From assembly GCA_045803545.1 (NCBI GenBank), contig JBJMOW010000002.1:320001-384000 (forward strand): 64,000 nucleotides of DNA, written 5' to 3'. The notes beneath the pieces were generated by a model. The model was given only the letters and a program-made list of their open reading frames with translations. It was not told where the DNA came from and did not search any database. How positions within the stretch are numbered: position 1 is the stretch's first letter; every line of letters starts with the position of its first letter. This stretch comes from Gemmatimonadaceae bacterium (GTDB lineage Bacteria > Gemmatimonadota > Gemmatimonadetes > Gemmatimonadales > Gemmatimonadaceae). This document shows, one piece after another, positions 11,730 through 22,850 of the stretch. The translations under genes were made by a program, and so were the position numbers.

Positions 11730-13397
11730 GTGTCGGCAACTCCCAGGCCTCTGATTAATTTTGACTCGCCACTCTACCTCGAGGCTCATCCGATAAGACG
11801 GTTTCCTTCGCCGGGTTGGACGACCGCCGTGCTGCTGTTGTTCGTCTACATGCTCACCCTTGCACCCAGCGTCACGCTGTGGGACTCGGGTGAGTTTCTA
11901 GCGGCAATCCATTCGCTCGGCATTCCGCATCCACCGGGGACGCCGCTTTACGTGCTGGTTGGAAAGGTCTGGAGCCTGGTCTTCGGCTCGGTGTTCGGGT
12001 TTGCCCGAGCGGTCAATCTCTTAAGCGCCGTATCGACTGCCTTTGGCTGTGGGATTCTTACCAGCCTCTTCGCGCGCTGGAGCGAGGATGGCGTTGCTTC
12101 AATTGCCGCGGGACTCACCGCCGGCTTGATGTCGACGCTTTGGATGAATGCGACCGAGACCGAGGTGTACGCGGTCGCATTCCTTTTCGGTTGCATCATT
12201 CTCTGGGCGGCCGATCGCGCAGGAATCAATTCCGACGCCCGCTGGGCGCTGTTGTCCGCGTACCTTGCCGGCCTTGCCTGGTCACTCCATCTAACCGCGC
12301 TGCTGGTGGTGCCAAGCGCGGTCTTGTTGGTGTTCAGCACCAGTGACGGCTACTTCGCAGTGCCCGTTGGCAGGCGCTACGCCGACGGGCGCCGCGAGTC
12401 GCATTCGTTCGCGAAGCTGTTGCGCGCCGCCGCAGTGCTCGTTGTGATCGGAATGTCGTGCGTGCTCTTTCTATACATTCGCGCCGCGCACGATCCGGCG
12501 ATCAATCAGGGGAATCCGTCAACGATCGGCCGTTTTTTTGACGTTTTGATGCGGCGGCAATACGCGGTACCGTCGCTGTGGCCGCGACAGGCGCCGGTCT
12601 ATCTGCAATTCGGAAATCTCGTCGAGTATGCCGACTGGCAATTCGCGAAGGCGCTTTCTCCGGAAGCGCCACCGAGCTGGTGGAGAACGCCGATTACGAT
12701 TCTCTATGTGCTCGTCGGTCTGTTCGGCTCCTTCGCTCATCGCAGCGTCGATCGGCGTAGCTGGCGGGCGATCTTGTTGCTGTTGATCGTCACTACGATC
12801 GGCGTGGTGATCTACCTCAATCTCAAGGCGGGACCGTCATTCGGCTCAGGCATCCTTCCGCCGAATGCACAGCATGAAGCACGAGAGCGTGACTACTTCT
12901 TCTTCTGGGCATTCGTGGCCTGGGGAGTTTGGGCTGGCTTCGGCGCGGTGGTCCTCGCGCGCAAGTTGATGTTTCCGCTCAACGCGCTGGTTGCCATCAT
13001 GCCGCTCGTTCCGGCGTTTCTCAACTGGACTGCCGTCGACCGCCGCACGGACCCGGTCGAAGAAAAGGCGCGCATCGATGAGCAGGACATCCTGGCGCGA
13101 GTACCGCCTTCGGGCGTGCTGTTATCGCTTGGCGACAACGACACTTATCCAATCTGGTATCTGCAGCAGGTCGAGGGGACCAGGCGTGACGTGACGGTGG
13201 TCACCGTTCCTCTGCTCCCGGCGAAATGGTACCGCGAGGAATTGGCGCGACGTTACAAACTTCTCGACTCAACAGCTGTCAAATCCTGGCTCGGCAGCGA
13301 CAGTACCGTGGCAATGCTGACGCGGCGCTCCTACGATCAGAACCGTCCCGTCATTCGCTCGCCGTTCTTCGCGCTTGATTCTGCGAAGAAGAAGTGA
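11730..13397 (+). CDS. DUF2723 / TMEM260-like GT-C membrane glycosyltransferase
   Basis: TLAPSVTLWDSGEF..LGIPHPPGTPLY, ETEVY, RERDYFF, GDNDTYPIWYLQQVEG.R.DV motifs; multiple TM segments. Confidence 0.85.
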   Translation: MSATPRPLINFDSPLYLEAHPIRRFPSPGWTTAVLLLFVYMLTLAPSVTLWDSGEFLAAIHSLGIPHPPGTPLYVLVGKVWSLVFGSVFGFARAVNLLSAVSTAFGCGILTSLFARWSEDGVASIAAGLTAGLMSTLWMNATETEVYAVAFLFGCIILWAADRAGINSDARWALLSAYLAGLAWSLHLTALLVVPSAVLLVFSTSDGYFAVPVGRRYADGRRESHSFAKLLRAAAVLVVIGMSCVLFLYIRAAHDPAINQGNPSTIGRFFDVLMRRQYAVPSLWPRQAPVYLQFGNLVEYADWQFAKALSPEAPPSWWRTPITILYVLVGLFGSFAHRSVDRRSWRAILLLLIVTTIGVVIYLNLKAGPSFGSGILPPNAQHEARERDYFFFWAFVAWGVWAGFGAVVLARKLMFPLNALVAIMPLVPAFLNWTAVDRRTDPVEEKARIDEQDILARVPPSGVLLSLGDNDTYPIWYLQQVEGTRRDVTVVTVPLLPAKWYREELARRYKLLDSTAVKSWLGSDSTVAMLTRRSYDQNRPVIRSPFFALDSAKKK

Positions 13398-13401
13398 GCT
13401 G

Positions 13402-14490
13402 TTACTGGATGGTGAGAGTGTACGCGCCTGTGGTTGCGCTACTCGTCGTCCGTGCCTTGACGTAGAAGTAGCCGAGGTTGCTGGCTGTGTAAGTGAGCGC
13501 CGCGTTCTTCGTCGTTCCATCCGCATCGTCATTCGCGGCCACCAGCGTCCCGCCAGTCCGGATCTCGTAGAACTCCAGATACGGATCGAGCGAGGTTGAC
13601 GTCATCGTCACCGCCACCGTCTGGCCGGTGTTGAGGAAGATGATGTAGTCGTCGGAAAGGAATCCGCTCTGATTGCAGTCGGTAGGTTGCAGAGATTGCT
13701 CGGTCGTGATACCAGGTACGGCGAAGACATCTTCGCAGTTCGTGACCGGATTCGTCGTCGTGGCGGATGTGAGGCTGTACAACCCCATCTCGCGCGCATT
13801 CAATGAGTTGGCCCCGACCAGGAAACTTCCGGCTGGCAGTATTGCTTTGATGGTGGAGTTGTGTGTGGTGCTACCGGAATTGTCGTTTTGCGCGATAACG
13901 TGGTAGTCGGTGGTCAGCAGCAGCAAATAGCTGTCGACCTGTGTCGAGCTCTGGTTGAACAGATAGGTGTTGGTGCCGGGTATCGTAGTCAGCCAGAAAT
14001 CGACGAAGCTCCCATCTGAGACCTGGCAATCGGCAAGACCCAGTCGTCCATCGCTGTTCGCTCCAACCGTGTAGGCGGGAGTCACTTTGCAGGGATCGCC
14101 GGCGTTCGCGGTGAACGTAATCGCGGGCAATCCCACAACAGTCGCATCGACGGTGTTGGTCGATGCGGTCTGTCCGAGAACCCAGGTTCCCACGGTCGCG
14201 ACACCGTCAGTGCCGCTGATAACCGTAGCACCGGACACTGAGCCATCGCCGCTGGTGACGGTGAAGACGACGTTCGCACCGGCCATCGGGTTGCCGCTCT
14301 CGTCTTTCACAATCACCGACGGACGCTCGAGTGTAGCCTGGCCCGCCGGTCCGGTTATGGTGAGGGAAGAATTGGCCTCAAGTGACGTCGGCGTGTGCTT
14401 GGGCCCCGACGCGTCGCCACCACATCCGACCTGAAGCGCCAGCAAAGCTGGTACGGCAAGGCGCGTCGCGCCGACTGGGAAGCGAATCAT
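13402..14490 (-). CDS. Ser/Thr-rich lipoprotein with Ig-like (Big_1) domain and two PPC-like domains
   Basis: Signal peptide ending QVGC. V.VKDESGNPMAGANVVF..DGVA Ig-like motif, and two D.YL.L...A.ND..G.Y.L repeats. Confidence 0.72.
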   Translation of the reverse strand: MIRFPVGATRLAVPALLALQVGCGGDASGPKHTPTSLEANSSLTITGPAGQATLERPSVIVKDESGNPMAGANVVFTVTSGDGSVSGATVISGTDGVATVGTWVLGQTASTNTVDATVVGLPAITFTANAGDPCKVTPAYTVGANSDGRLGLADCQVSDGSFVDFWLTTIPGTNTYLFNQSSTQVDSYLLLLTTDYHVIAQNDNSGSTTHNSTIKAILPAGSFLVGANSLNAREMGLYSLTSATTTNPVTNCEDVFAVPGITTEQSLQPTDCNQSGFLSDDYIIFLNTGQTVAVTMTSTSLDPYLEFYEIRTGGTLVAANDDADGTTKNAALTYTASNLGYFYVKARTTSSATTGAYTLTIQ

Positions 14491-14555
14491 CAGGCCAATT
14501 TCTCCTTCGTGAACAGCAGGTCAATGCCGTTCACGCGGGGATACATGCCGTTCAG

Positions 14556-16058
<1,503 letters not shown>

Positions 16059-16077
16059 TGAGTGTCGGGGCTGATTG

Positions 16078-17076
16078 CTACGCTGACTTCATGAGTGGTG
16101 CCTGTTCAGATTTCTTGCGTTTCCCGCTTTTTGCCACCGCTGCGGTTCGTGTCGCGGAGGCAGTGAAGAGAAGAGGGCCTTTCGCTTCCGGGTCGGCCGG
16201 CAACGGATGATAACGGAAGTGCTCGAGTCCAGCGTCTGTCAGCCACTCGCCGAGCACCGCGCGGTCAAATCCCTGCCAGACGTGTCCCATTGTCTGACGC
16301 AGGTCCTGCCGCTCGTGCGGCATCATGTCCAACACAACGAGACGGCCGTGCGGCTTGAGAACTCGTACTGCTTCGTCGATGACGCGCTGCGGATCCGCAG
16401 CGTAGTGCAACACCAGAAAAAGCAACGCTACGTTTACTTCCCCGTCGGCGAGCGGCAGCGACTCCAGTCTGCCATTTCGGATGTCGACGTTTTCCAGGCC
16501 GGTGAGGCGCTTGCGCGCAGCGGTCAACATTGCGCTTGATTCGTCTACTGCCACGACGCGCTCCACGAACGGCGCGATGGCATGAGTCACCGCGCCGGTG
16601 CCGCAACCGAGATCCGCAACAACCCACGACTCATCGAGCAGGCCGAGTAGCGCGACATCGGCGCGCCGGCCGAACAGCTCCTGGCGCATCCGATCCCACT
16701 GTCCTGCCGAAGTGGAGAAGAACTGCTGCGACCGGCTGCTGCGCTCGGACAAGACGGCTTGCATCCGACGTGCGTCCTGCTCGGCCGCGTTCGAATGCGA
16801 AATCTCCTCACGTACGATCTGCCACATCCGCCGTGTAGCGGTGTCGAGTGAATCCGTGGCGATCCGGTAGAAGCGGCTCGTTCCTTCAGCGCGCGCGTCG
16901 AGCCATCCCTCCGAACTGAGGAGCTTGAGGTGACGGCTCACCGTAGACTGCGGAAGCTGAAGGATCGAAGTGAGCTCATTGACTGTCAGCTCATTCCGCT
17001 CGACGGCGAGAAGCAGCCGGCTCCTCGTCGAGTCGGCGAGTGCATTCATCTGACCGAAAAGTCCCGGTGCGCTCAT
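16078..17076 (-). CDS. sahR: ArsR-HTH / SAM-methyltransferase fusion regulator (SahR-like)
   Basis: N-terminal ArsR HTH ([13 protein letters not shown]), C-terminal DLGCGTG SAM motif; immediately upstream of ahcY. Confidence 0.85.
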   Translation of the reverse strand: MSAPGLFGQMNALADSTRSRLLLAVERNELTVNELTSILQLPQSTVSRHLKLLSSEGWLDARAEGTSRFYRIATDSLDTATRRMWQIVREEISHSNAAEQDARRMQAVLSERSSRSQQFFSTSAGQWDRMRQELFGRRADVALLGLLDESWVVADLGCGTGAVTHAIAPFVERVVAVDESSAMLTAARKRLTGLENVDIRNGRLESLPLADGEVNVALLFLVLHYAADPQRVIDEAVRVLKPHGRLVVLDMMPHERQDLRQTMGHVWQGFDRAVLGEWLTDAGLEHFRYHPLPADPEAKGPLLFTASATRTAAVAKSGKRKKSEQAPLMKSA

Positions 17077-17083
17077 TCGATGT

Positions 17084-17099
17084 ATCCGTTCATCCGGAT
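17084..17099 (-). promoter_or_regulatory. Candidate SahR operator, ATCCG-N6-CGGAT palindrome
   Basis: Perfect 5+5 inverted repeat overlapping the predicted transcription start of sahR-ahcY. Confidence 0.6.
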
Positions 17100-17102
17100 T
17101 GA

Positions 17103-17131
17103 ATGATATAACACTAGGCTCGGCAGGTCAA
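17103..17131 (-). promoter_or_regulatory. Sigma70-type promoter of sahR-ahcY
   Basis: TTGACC-17 nt-TATCAT on the minus strand. Confidence 0.7.
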
Positions 17132-17181
17132 GGAGTTTTTAGGCGCTTGGCTTACCCGGGTAGACCTGCGATCATTGGCGG

Positions 17182-17394
17182 ATGAACTATGAGAAGAGCC
17201 TTCGCCGCCTTGACGAAATCGCCGCCAGTCTCGAGAACGAGCAGATCGGGCTCGACGAGTCTCTCAAGCTATTCGAGGAAGGAATCGAACTACTGAGATC
17301 TGCCTCCGCGCAGTTGGATAAAGCGGAGACTAAAGTGCAGATGCTGATCGAAAGATCCGAAGGCGGCTTCGAGTTGAAGGAGATGGATCTCTAG
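17182..17394 (+). CDS. xseB: Exodeoxyribonuclease VII small subunit
   Basis: YEKSL.RL.EI...LE...L.ESL.LFEEG; precedes ispA-dxs. Confidence 0.93.
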   Translation: MNYEKSLRRLDEIAASLENEQIGLDESLKLFEEGIELLRSASAQLDKAETKVQMLIERSEGGFELKEMDL

Positions 17395-17398
17395 GGAA

Positions 17399-18283
17399 GT
17401 GGAGAGTCATCTCGACGCCGATCGCCACCGCATCGAGGGGCGCCTCGAAGAAATCGGCGATCGCTTCCTGGCAGATCTGCCGGGCGATGTCGCGGCCGCG
17501 ATTCGATATGGTTTGCAAAGTCCCGGTAAGCGGCTTCGCCCGTTGCTCTCACTGTGCGGATATCGCGCCGTCGGTGGTGCTGACGATGCTTCGCTGCTCG
17601 CCTGCGCGCCGGAGGTGATCCACGCGTACTCATTAATGCACGACGATTTGCCCTGCATGGATGATGACGACATGAGACGCGGACGGCCGACCGTGCACAA
17701 GGTGTACGGATCGCGCACCGCGATTCTCGCCGGGGTGGCAATGATCCCGCTTTCGGTGCAGGTAGTCCGTGACGGCGCGACGGCAATGGGACTTCCCGTT
17801 AGCGTGATCTCATCACTCACTGAAACGTTGCTGGCGGCCGGCGGCGACGCCGGGATGATCGGTGGTCAGGTGCGCGATCTCGAGGGAGAAGGGTCTGGAT
17901 TGTCACTCGATGAATTGCAGGCCGTTCATCTTGCCAAAACCGGCGCGCTGATCGTTGCGTCAGTGCGAATGGGCGCAATCGCCGGCGGTGGTACGCACTC
18001 GCAGCTGGATGCGATCTCGCATTATGGTCGCGACATCGGTCTCGCTTTTCAAATAATGGACGACGTTCTGGACGTCACCTCCACGACCAGCGTGTTGGGC
18101 AAGACCAGCGGCCGCGACGCAGTACTGCGAAAGAGCACTTATCCCGCGCTCCTTGGCGTAGAGGGAGCGCAACAACGCGCGACGGACCTGGTTACCGACG
18201 GCCTTGACCGTCTCGCCAGCGAAGGAATCCTCACGCAAGAGCTGTCACAAGTCGCTAATTTCATGGTAACTCGCACCTCCTGA
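17399..18283 (+). CDS. ispA: Polyprenyl (farnesyl/geranylgeranyl) diphosphate synthase
   Basis: GKRLRP, SLMHDDLPCMDDDDMRRG, FQIMDDVLD. Confidence 0.93.
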   Translation: MESHLDADRHRIEGRLEEIGDRFLADLPGDVAAAIRYGLQSPGKRLRPLLSLCGYRAVGGADDASLLACAPEVIHAYSLMHDDLPCMDDDDMRRGRPTVHKVYGSRTAILAGVAMIPLSVQVVRDGATAMGLPVSVISSLTETLLAAGGDAGMIGGQVRDLEGEGSGLSLDELQAVHLAKTGALIVASVRMGAIAGGGTHSQLDAISHYGRDIGLAFQIMDDVLDVTSTTSVLGKTSGRDAVLRKSTYPALLGVEGAQQRATDLVTDGLDRLASEGILTQELSQVANFMVTRTS

Positions 18284-18293
18284 AAACCTGTAC

Positions 18294-20228
18294 ATGTCAA
18301 TCCTCGAACGGGTCCATTCTCCTGCCGATTTGAAGCCGATGTCGCGCGATGAGCTGCGCGCCGTCTCGGAGGAAATGCGGACGCGTTTGATTGAGATCTG
18401 CTCGCGGACCGGTGGGCACATTGGAGCCGGGTTGGGTGTCGTCGAGCTCACGGTCGCCCTCCACGCCGTGTTCGATACGCCGCGCGACAGGATTGTCTGG
18501 GACGTCGGCCATCAAGGCTACCCGCACAAATTCCTGACGGGCCGGGCGGAGCGTATGGAGACCCTGCGACAGGAGGATGGGCTCTCGGGATTCCTCAAAC
18601 GCGCGGAAAGCGAGTACGATGCATTCGGAGCTGGTCACGCCGGAACAGCAATATCCGCTGGCTACGGAATGGCGGTTGCGCGTGATATAAATGGGCAGGA
18701 TTTCAAGGTCGTCTCGATACTCGGCGACGGTGCGCTGACCTGCGGGTTGGCGTACGAGGGTCTCAACAACGCCGGCGCGTCGGATCGGGACTTCATCGTC
18801 ATCCTCAACGACAACGAGATGTCGATCGCGCCGAACGTAGGCGCGATGTCCAAGTATCTCACTTCGATTCAAAGCAATCCGCTGTACAACCGCGTTCGCT
18901 CGGCGATCGGCAGCGTGGTCGATGCGGCGCCCGGTCCGCTGTCCGGTGTGGCGACGTTGGTAAGGAAGTGGGAGGAGAGCATGAAGTCTTTTCTCACCCC
19001 TGGCGTGTTGTTCGAGGAGCTGGGCTTTCGCTACTTTGGCCCGATCGACGGCCACGACATCGACCAATTGGTCGACACGCTGTCTGCGGTGCGCGAGATG
19101 GCGGGCCCGCGACTGATCCATTGCATCACGCAGAAGGGGAAAGGATTTCCGGCTGGAGAACATCTCGAGAAATGGCATGCACTTCCGCCGGGGCACGATC
19201 CTGCAACCGGTAAGCAGCGAAAAGTTTCCTCGGCAAATGCCGCGTACACCGCCGTGTTCGGTCAGGCGCTCAGTGAGCTGGCGACTGAGAATCCGAAAGT
19301 TGTCGCCATCACCGGTGCGATGCCGAGCGGGACCGGAACGGCACCATTCGCAAAGGCGCATCCCAATCGATTTTTCGATGTCGGGATCGCAGAAGGACAC
19401 GCAGTGACGTTTGCCGCGGGCCTGGCGACTGAAGGAATCCGACCGGTTTGCGCGATATACTCCACCTTCCTGCAACGCGGCTACGACAACGTCATCCACG
19501 ACGTCGCGATTCAGCACCTGCCCGTGATATTCGCAATGGACCGCGCTGGCGTCGTCGGTGAAGACGGCCCGACCCACATGGGCCTCTACGACATCGCTTA
19601 CATGCTGGCGGTGCCCGGGATGGTGGTAACCGCCCCGAAAAACGGCAAAGAGATGGTTGGGTTGCTGCGCAGCGGTCTGGCGTACAAAGACGGTCCGTTC
19701 TGTCTACGTTACCCGCGTGATGCAGCGCCCGACATTGTTCCTCCCGCTGCTGAAGTCGAGGCGATTCCCCACGCATCCTGGGAAGTGCTGCGACGGGGAA
19801 ATTCCGCCGGTCGTGACGCACGCCAACCGGTCGCCATTCTTGCTGTGGGAACTATGGTTCTGCCATCGCTGGCCGCAGCCGACATTCTCGCCGAATCCGG
19901 AACGACGGTCACCGTCGTCAACTGCCGCTACCTGAAGCCGCACGACACCAGAGTTCTCTCCGAAGTGATCGCGAGCCACTTGAACGTTCTGGTGGTGGAG
20001 GAGGGAAGCGTTGTCAACGGTTTTGGCGCGCACATGGCAGCGCTGATCGGTGAGCTCGATCCCGCAGTCCGGGTAGCGACGCACGGCGTTCCCGATGAAT
20101 TCATCGACCAGGCGCCGCGCGCAACGCAGCTGGCGCGCATCGGACTCGATTCACACGGCATCGCACGGCGCGCGACCGAGGCGTTTGGACTGGACAGCGC
20201 TCGGGGCGCTCAACTCCGCGCTGTTTGA
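18294..20228 (+). CDS. dxs: 1-deoxy-D-xylulose-5-phosphate synthase
   Basis: WDVGHQGYPHK, GDGALT..EGLNN, DVGIAEGHAV, YSTFLQR, DRAG. Confidence 0.97.
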   Translation: MSILERVHSPADLKPMSRDELRAVSEEMRTRLIEICSRTGGHIGAGLGVVELTVALHAVFDTPRDRIVWDVGHQGYPHKFLTGRAERMETLRQEDGLSGFLKRAESEYDAFGAGHAGTAISAGYGMAVARDINGQDFKVVSILGDGALTCGLAYEGLNNAGASDRDFIVILNDNEMSIAPNVGAMSKYLTSIQSNPLYNRVRSAIGSVVDAAPGPLSGVATLVRKWEESMKSFLTPGVLFEELGFRYFGPIDGHDIDQLVDTLSAVREMAGPRLIHCITQKGKGFPAGEHLEKWHALPPGHDPATGKQRKVSSANAAYTAVFGQALSELATENPKVVAITGAMPSGTGTAPFAKAHPNRFFDVGIAEGHAVTFAAGLATEGIRPVCAIYSTFLQRGYDNVIHDVAIQHLPVIFAMDRAGVVGEDGPTHMGLYDIAYMLAVPGMVVTAPKNGKEMVGLLRSGLAYKDGPFCLRYPRDAAPDIVPPAAEVEAIPHASWEVLRRGNSAGRDARQPVAILAVGTMVLPSLAAADILAESGTTVTVVNCRYLKPHDTRVLSEVIASHLNVLVVEEGSVVNGFGAHMAALIGELDPAVRVATHGVPDEFIDQAPRATQLARIGLDSHGIARRATEAFGLDSARGAQLRAV

Positions 20229-21091
20229 TGCGCGTCGGTGTCATCGGACATCAGGGTTACGAAGAATTACCGGAGATTCTCCGGACGCTCTTTCGTGTCG
20301 CCCCGCAGCTGGGGATCGAGCCGTTTCTCGAGCAGGAGATTTACGAGGTAGCAGGTAAGGGAAAAAAGCTCGAGGATTCGAGTCAGGTCGATGCCCTCGT
20401 AACGCTGGGTGGTGACGGAACGCTTTTGCGCGGAGCGCGCTTCCTCGACGGCCACGACATTCCGATTCTCGGCGTCAATCTCGGTCGCGTCGGATTCCTC
20501 ACCAGTTGTCAGAGCAATGATTTCGAGCCGGCGCTCAAGCACCTCGCGGGCGGCGAATACGTCGCGCAGCCGCGCATGGCGATCAGCGCCCGTGCGATCA
20601 ACGCCGACGGAGAAACGCGCAAGCAATGGCGCGCGCTGAACGATTTCGTCCTGCACAAGGGCGGCTTCGCGCGCGTCGTACGTCTCAACATCTTCATCGA
20701 CGGCGAGAGCATCGGTACCTACGCTGCCGATGGAGTGGTTATCTCCACGCCGACGGGCTCGACTGCTTACAGCCTTTCCGCAGGTGGGCCAGTCGTGGTG
20801 CCGACGGTTGAGTCGATGCTGATCACACCGATCTCTCCGCACACGCTTGGTATCAGACCGCTCGTCATCCCGCCGGACGCCGAAGTGACGGTGGAAGCAA
20901 ACGAATCTCCCACGGAGCTTCTGGTTACGGTCGACGGACAGGTTGGGACCAGCTTCGTCAAGGGCGACCAGCTCAAGGTGAGGAGGGCGGACAATCCAGT
21001 GCGTATCGTCCGATTCCCCAGCACCACGTTCTTCGAGAGAATGAGAGTCAAACTCGGTTGGGGCGGAGTTCCCGACGGAGAGCAAAGCTGA
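20228..21091 (+). CDS. nadK: NAD(+) kinase
   Basis: GGDGT, GRVGFL, LND, STPTGSTAYSLSAGGP. Confidence 0.96.
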   Translation: MRVGVIGHQGYEELPEILRTLFRVAPQLGIEPFLEQEIYEVAGKGKKLEDSSQVDALVTLGGDGTLLRGARFLDGHDIPILGVNLGRVGFLTSCQSNDFEPALKHLAGGEYVAQPRMAISARAINADGETRKQWRALNDFVLHKGGFARVVRLNIFIDGESIGTYAADGVVISTPTGSTAYSLSAGGPVVVPTVESMLITPISPHTLGIRPLVIPPDAEVTVEANESPTELLVTVDGQVGTSFVKGDQLKVRRADNPVRIVRFPSTTFFERMRVKLGWGGVPDGEQS

Positions 21092-22761
21092 TGCTGACTG
21101 AGCTGAGAATCCGCAATTTCGCCATCATCGAACAGGTCAACCTTCCGCTCGCGGAGGGCTTCAACGTGCTCTCCGGCGAGACTGGCGCCGGCAAATCGAT
21201 CATTGTCGGCGCACTGGGGCTGTTGCTTGGCGAGAGAGCCAGCGCTGATCTGATTCGTTCGGGCGCCGACAAGGCTACTGTCGAGGGAGTCTTCGACGTT
21301 TCGAGCCTGAAAGGAATCGCCGAGTTCGCCGACGAGCGCGGCATCGAGGTCGAAGAGGAAACGCTGGTGCTGAAGCGCGAAATCGCCGCCACCGGCCGCG
21401 GGCGCGCGTGGATCAATGGCACAACTGTCACGGCGACAGTGCTTGCGGAGATTGGACGCCTGCTGGTGAACCTCCACGGACAGCACGAGGCGCAGACGCT
21501 GCTCGACAACGAATCGCAACGCCACATTCTCGACGCATTCGGTGGAGCAGAGAAGCAGGGCGAGGTTGTGCGAACGACCTTTGGTGAGTTGTCAGCGGTG
21601 CGTCGCGAGATTGCCAGCCTTTCGACACGGCGCGCCGAAGCGGAGAAGCGCGCGGACTATCTGCGACACGTCGCGACGGAAATCGAGGAGGCGAAGCTTT
21701 CCGCGGGCGAAGACACCAAGCTGGAGGACGAGGCGCGCGTACTAGAGAACGCCGACGAGCTTCGCACACTTGCCAGTACACTGAACGAGCTGCTGTCTGG
21801 TGAAGAAAGCAGCGTGCTCGGCCAGCTTGGCGCAGCTCAACGCCCGCTGTCATCGATCGAGCGCATCGATCCATCCGCCGCGCGGATGCAGGAGCTTTTC
21901 GACGCCGGCTTCTACGCGCTCCAGGAATTGGCTCGCGCCGTCGAGGATTATGCGGGGTCGGTCGAGCTCGATCCCACTCGTCTGGAGGAGGTTCGTCGTC
22001 GTCGCGACCGGCTGTTCGGTCTGCTCAAGAAGTATGGCCCGATGCTAGACAATGTCATCGAGAGCGGCCGTAGCGCCCGCGCCGAGCTGGACCTCGTCGA
22101 TACCGCTCAGTTCGATCTGGCCAATCTCAACGCGCGCGAGAGCGAGCTGCGGAAGCGGCTGGTGAGCGAGGCGGAAAAACTCTCCGACATGCGTTTGACT
22201 GCCGGGAAAAAGCTGGCGAAGGCAGTGGATGCGTTGCTGCCATCGCTCGGAATGCCCGACGGTCGATTCCGCGTGACTCTGACTTCGCGGGACGAGCCAA
22301 GCGCCGAAGGCGCGGAGGATGTCGAGTTCCGAGCTGCGCTGAACATCGGACATGAGGATCGTCCACTGGCGCGGGTCGCGTCCGGTGGAGAGCTGTCGCG
22401 CGTGATGCTCGCACTCAAAACTATTCTTGCGCGGGTCGATCGCGTACCGACGCTGATCTTCGACGAGGTGGACGCCGGTATCGGCGGTCGGGTTGGGCTT
22501 CAGGTTGGTGATACGCTCCGGCGAGTCGCCGGCGAGCACCAGGTATTCGCGATCTCGCATCTGCCGCAGATCGCAGCGCGTGCCCACCACCACATCGTGG
22601 TGGCGAAGGGAGCAAAGGGGGGCGTCACGACCGCCGACATCACCGTTCTCGAGGGCAGCAACCGGGTGAACGAGATTGCGCGAATGCTGGGTGGCGACCC
22701 GGAATCGAAAGTGTCGCGAGCACACGCCAGGGAGTTGCTGGAGAGCGCCACCGCTGTTTGA
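21091..22761 (+). CDS. recN: DNA repair protein RecN
   Basis: GETGAGKS, HGQH, coiled coil, ASGGELSR, FDEVDAGIGG, SHLPQIA. Confidence 0.97.
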   Translation: MLTELRIRNFAIIEQVNLPLAEGFNVLSGETGAGKSIIVGALGLLLGERASADLIRSGADKATVEGVFDVSSLKGIAEFADERGIEVEEETLVLKREIAATGRGRAWINGTTVTATVLAEIGRLLVNLHGQHEAQTLLDNESQRHILDAFGGAEKQGEVVRTTFGELSAVRREIASLSTRRAEAEKRADYLRHVATEIEEAKLSAGEDTKLEDEARVLENADELRTLASTLNELLSGEESSVLGQLGAAQRPLSSIERIDPSAARMQELFDAGFYALQELARAVEDYAGSVELDPTRLEEVRRRRDRLFGLLKKYGPMLDNVIESGRSARAELDLVDTAQFDLANLNARESELRKRLVSEAEKLSDMRLTAGKKLAKAVDALLPSLGMPDGRFRVTLTSRDEPSAEGAEDVEFRAALNIGHEDRPLARVASGGELSRVMLALKTILARVDRVPTLIFDEVDAGIGGRVGLQVGDTLRRVAGEHQVFAISHLPQIAARAHHHIVVAKGAKGGVTTADITVLEGSNRVNEIARMLGGDPESKVSRAHARELLESATAV

Positions 22762-22803
22762 GGGTTGCGCGATGCGAGCCAACAAATTGATGCGGCATCA
22801 CGC

Positions 22804-22832
22804 AAAAAAGGCGAGCCAATCGGCTCGCCTTT
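22804..22832. terminator. Bidirectional terminator between recN and the convergent OMP gene
   Basis: AAAAAAGGCGAGCC-aatc-GGCTCGCCTTT. Confidence 0.75.
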
Positions 22833-22850
22833 CTGCTTCTGGTGGATTCG

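Noticed and set aside
18297..19577. 426-aa antisense ORF inside dxs, and similar long antisense ORFs over ftsH, nadK, rpsA and accC
   Set aside because: These are shadow frames of conserved high-GC genes with no recognisable motifs.
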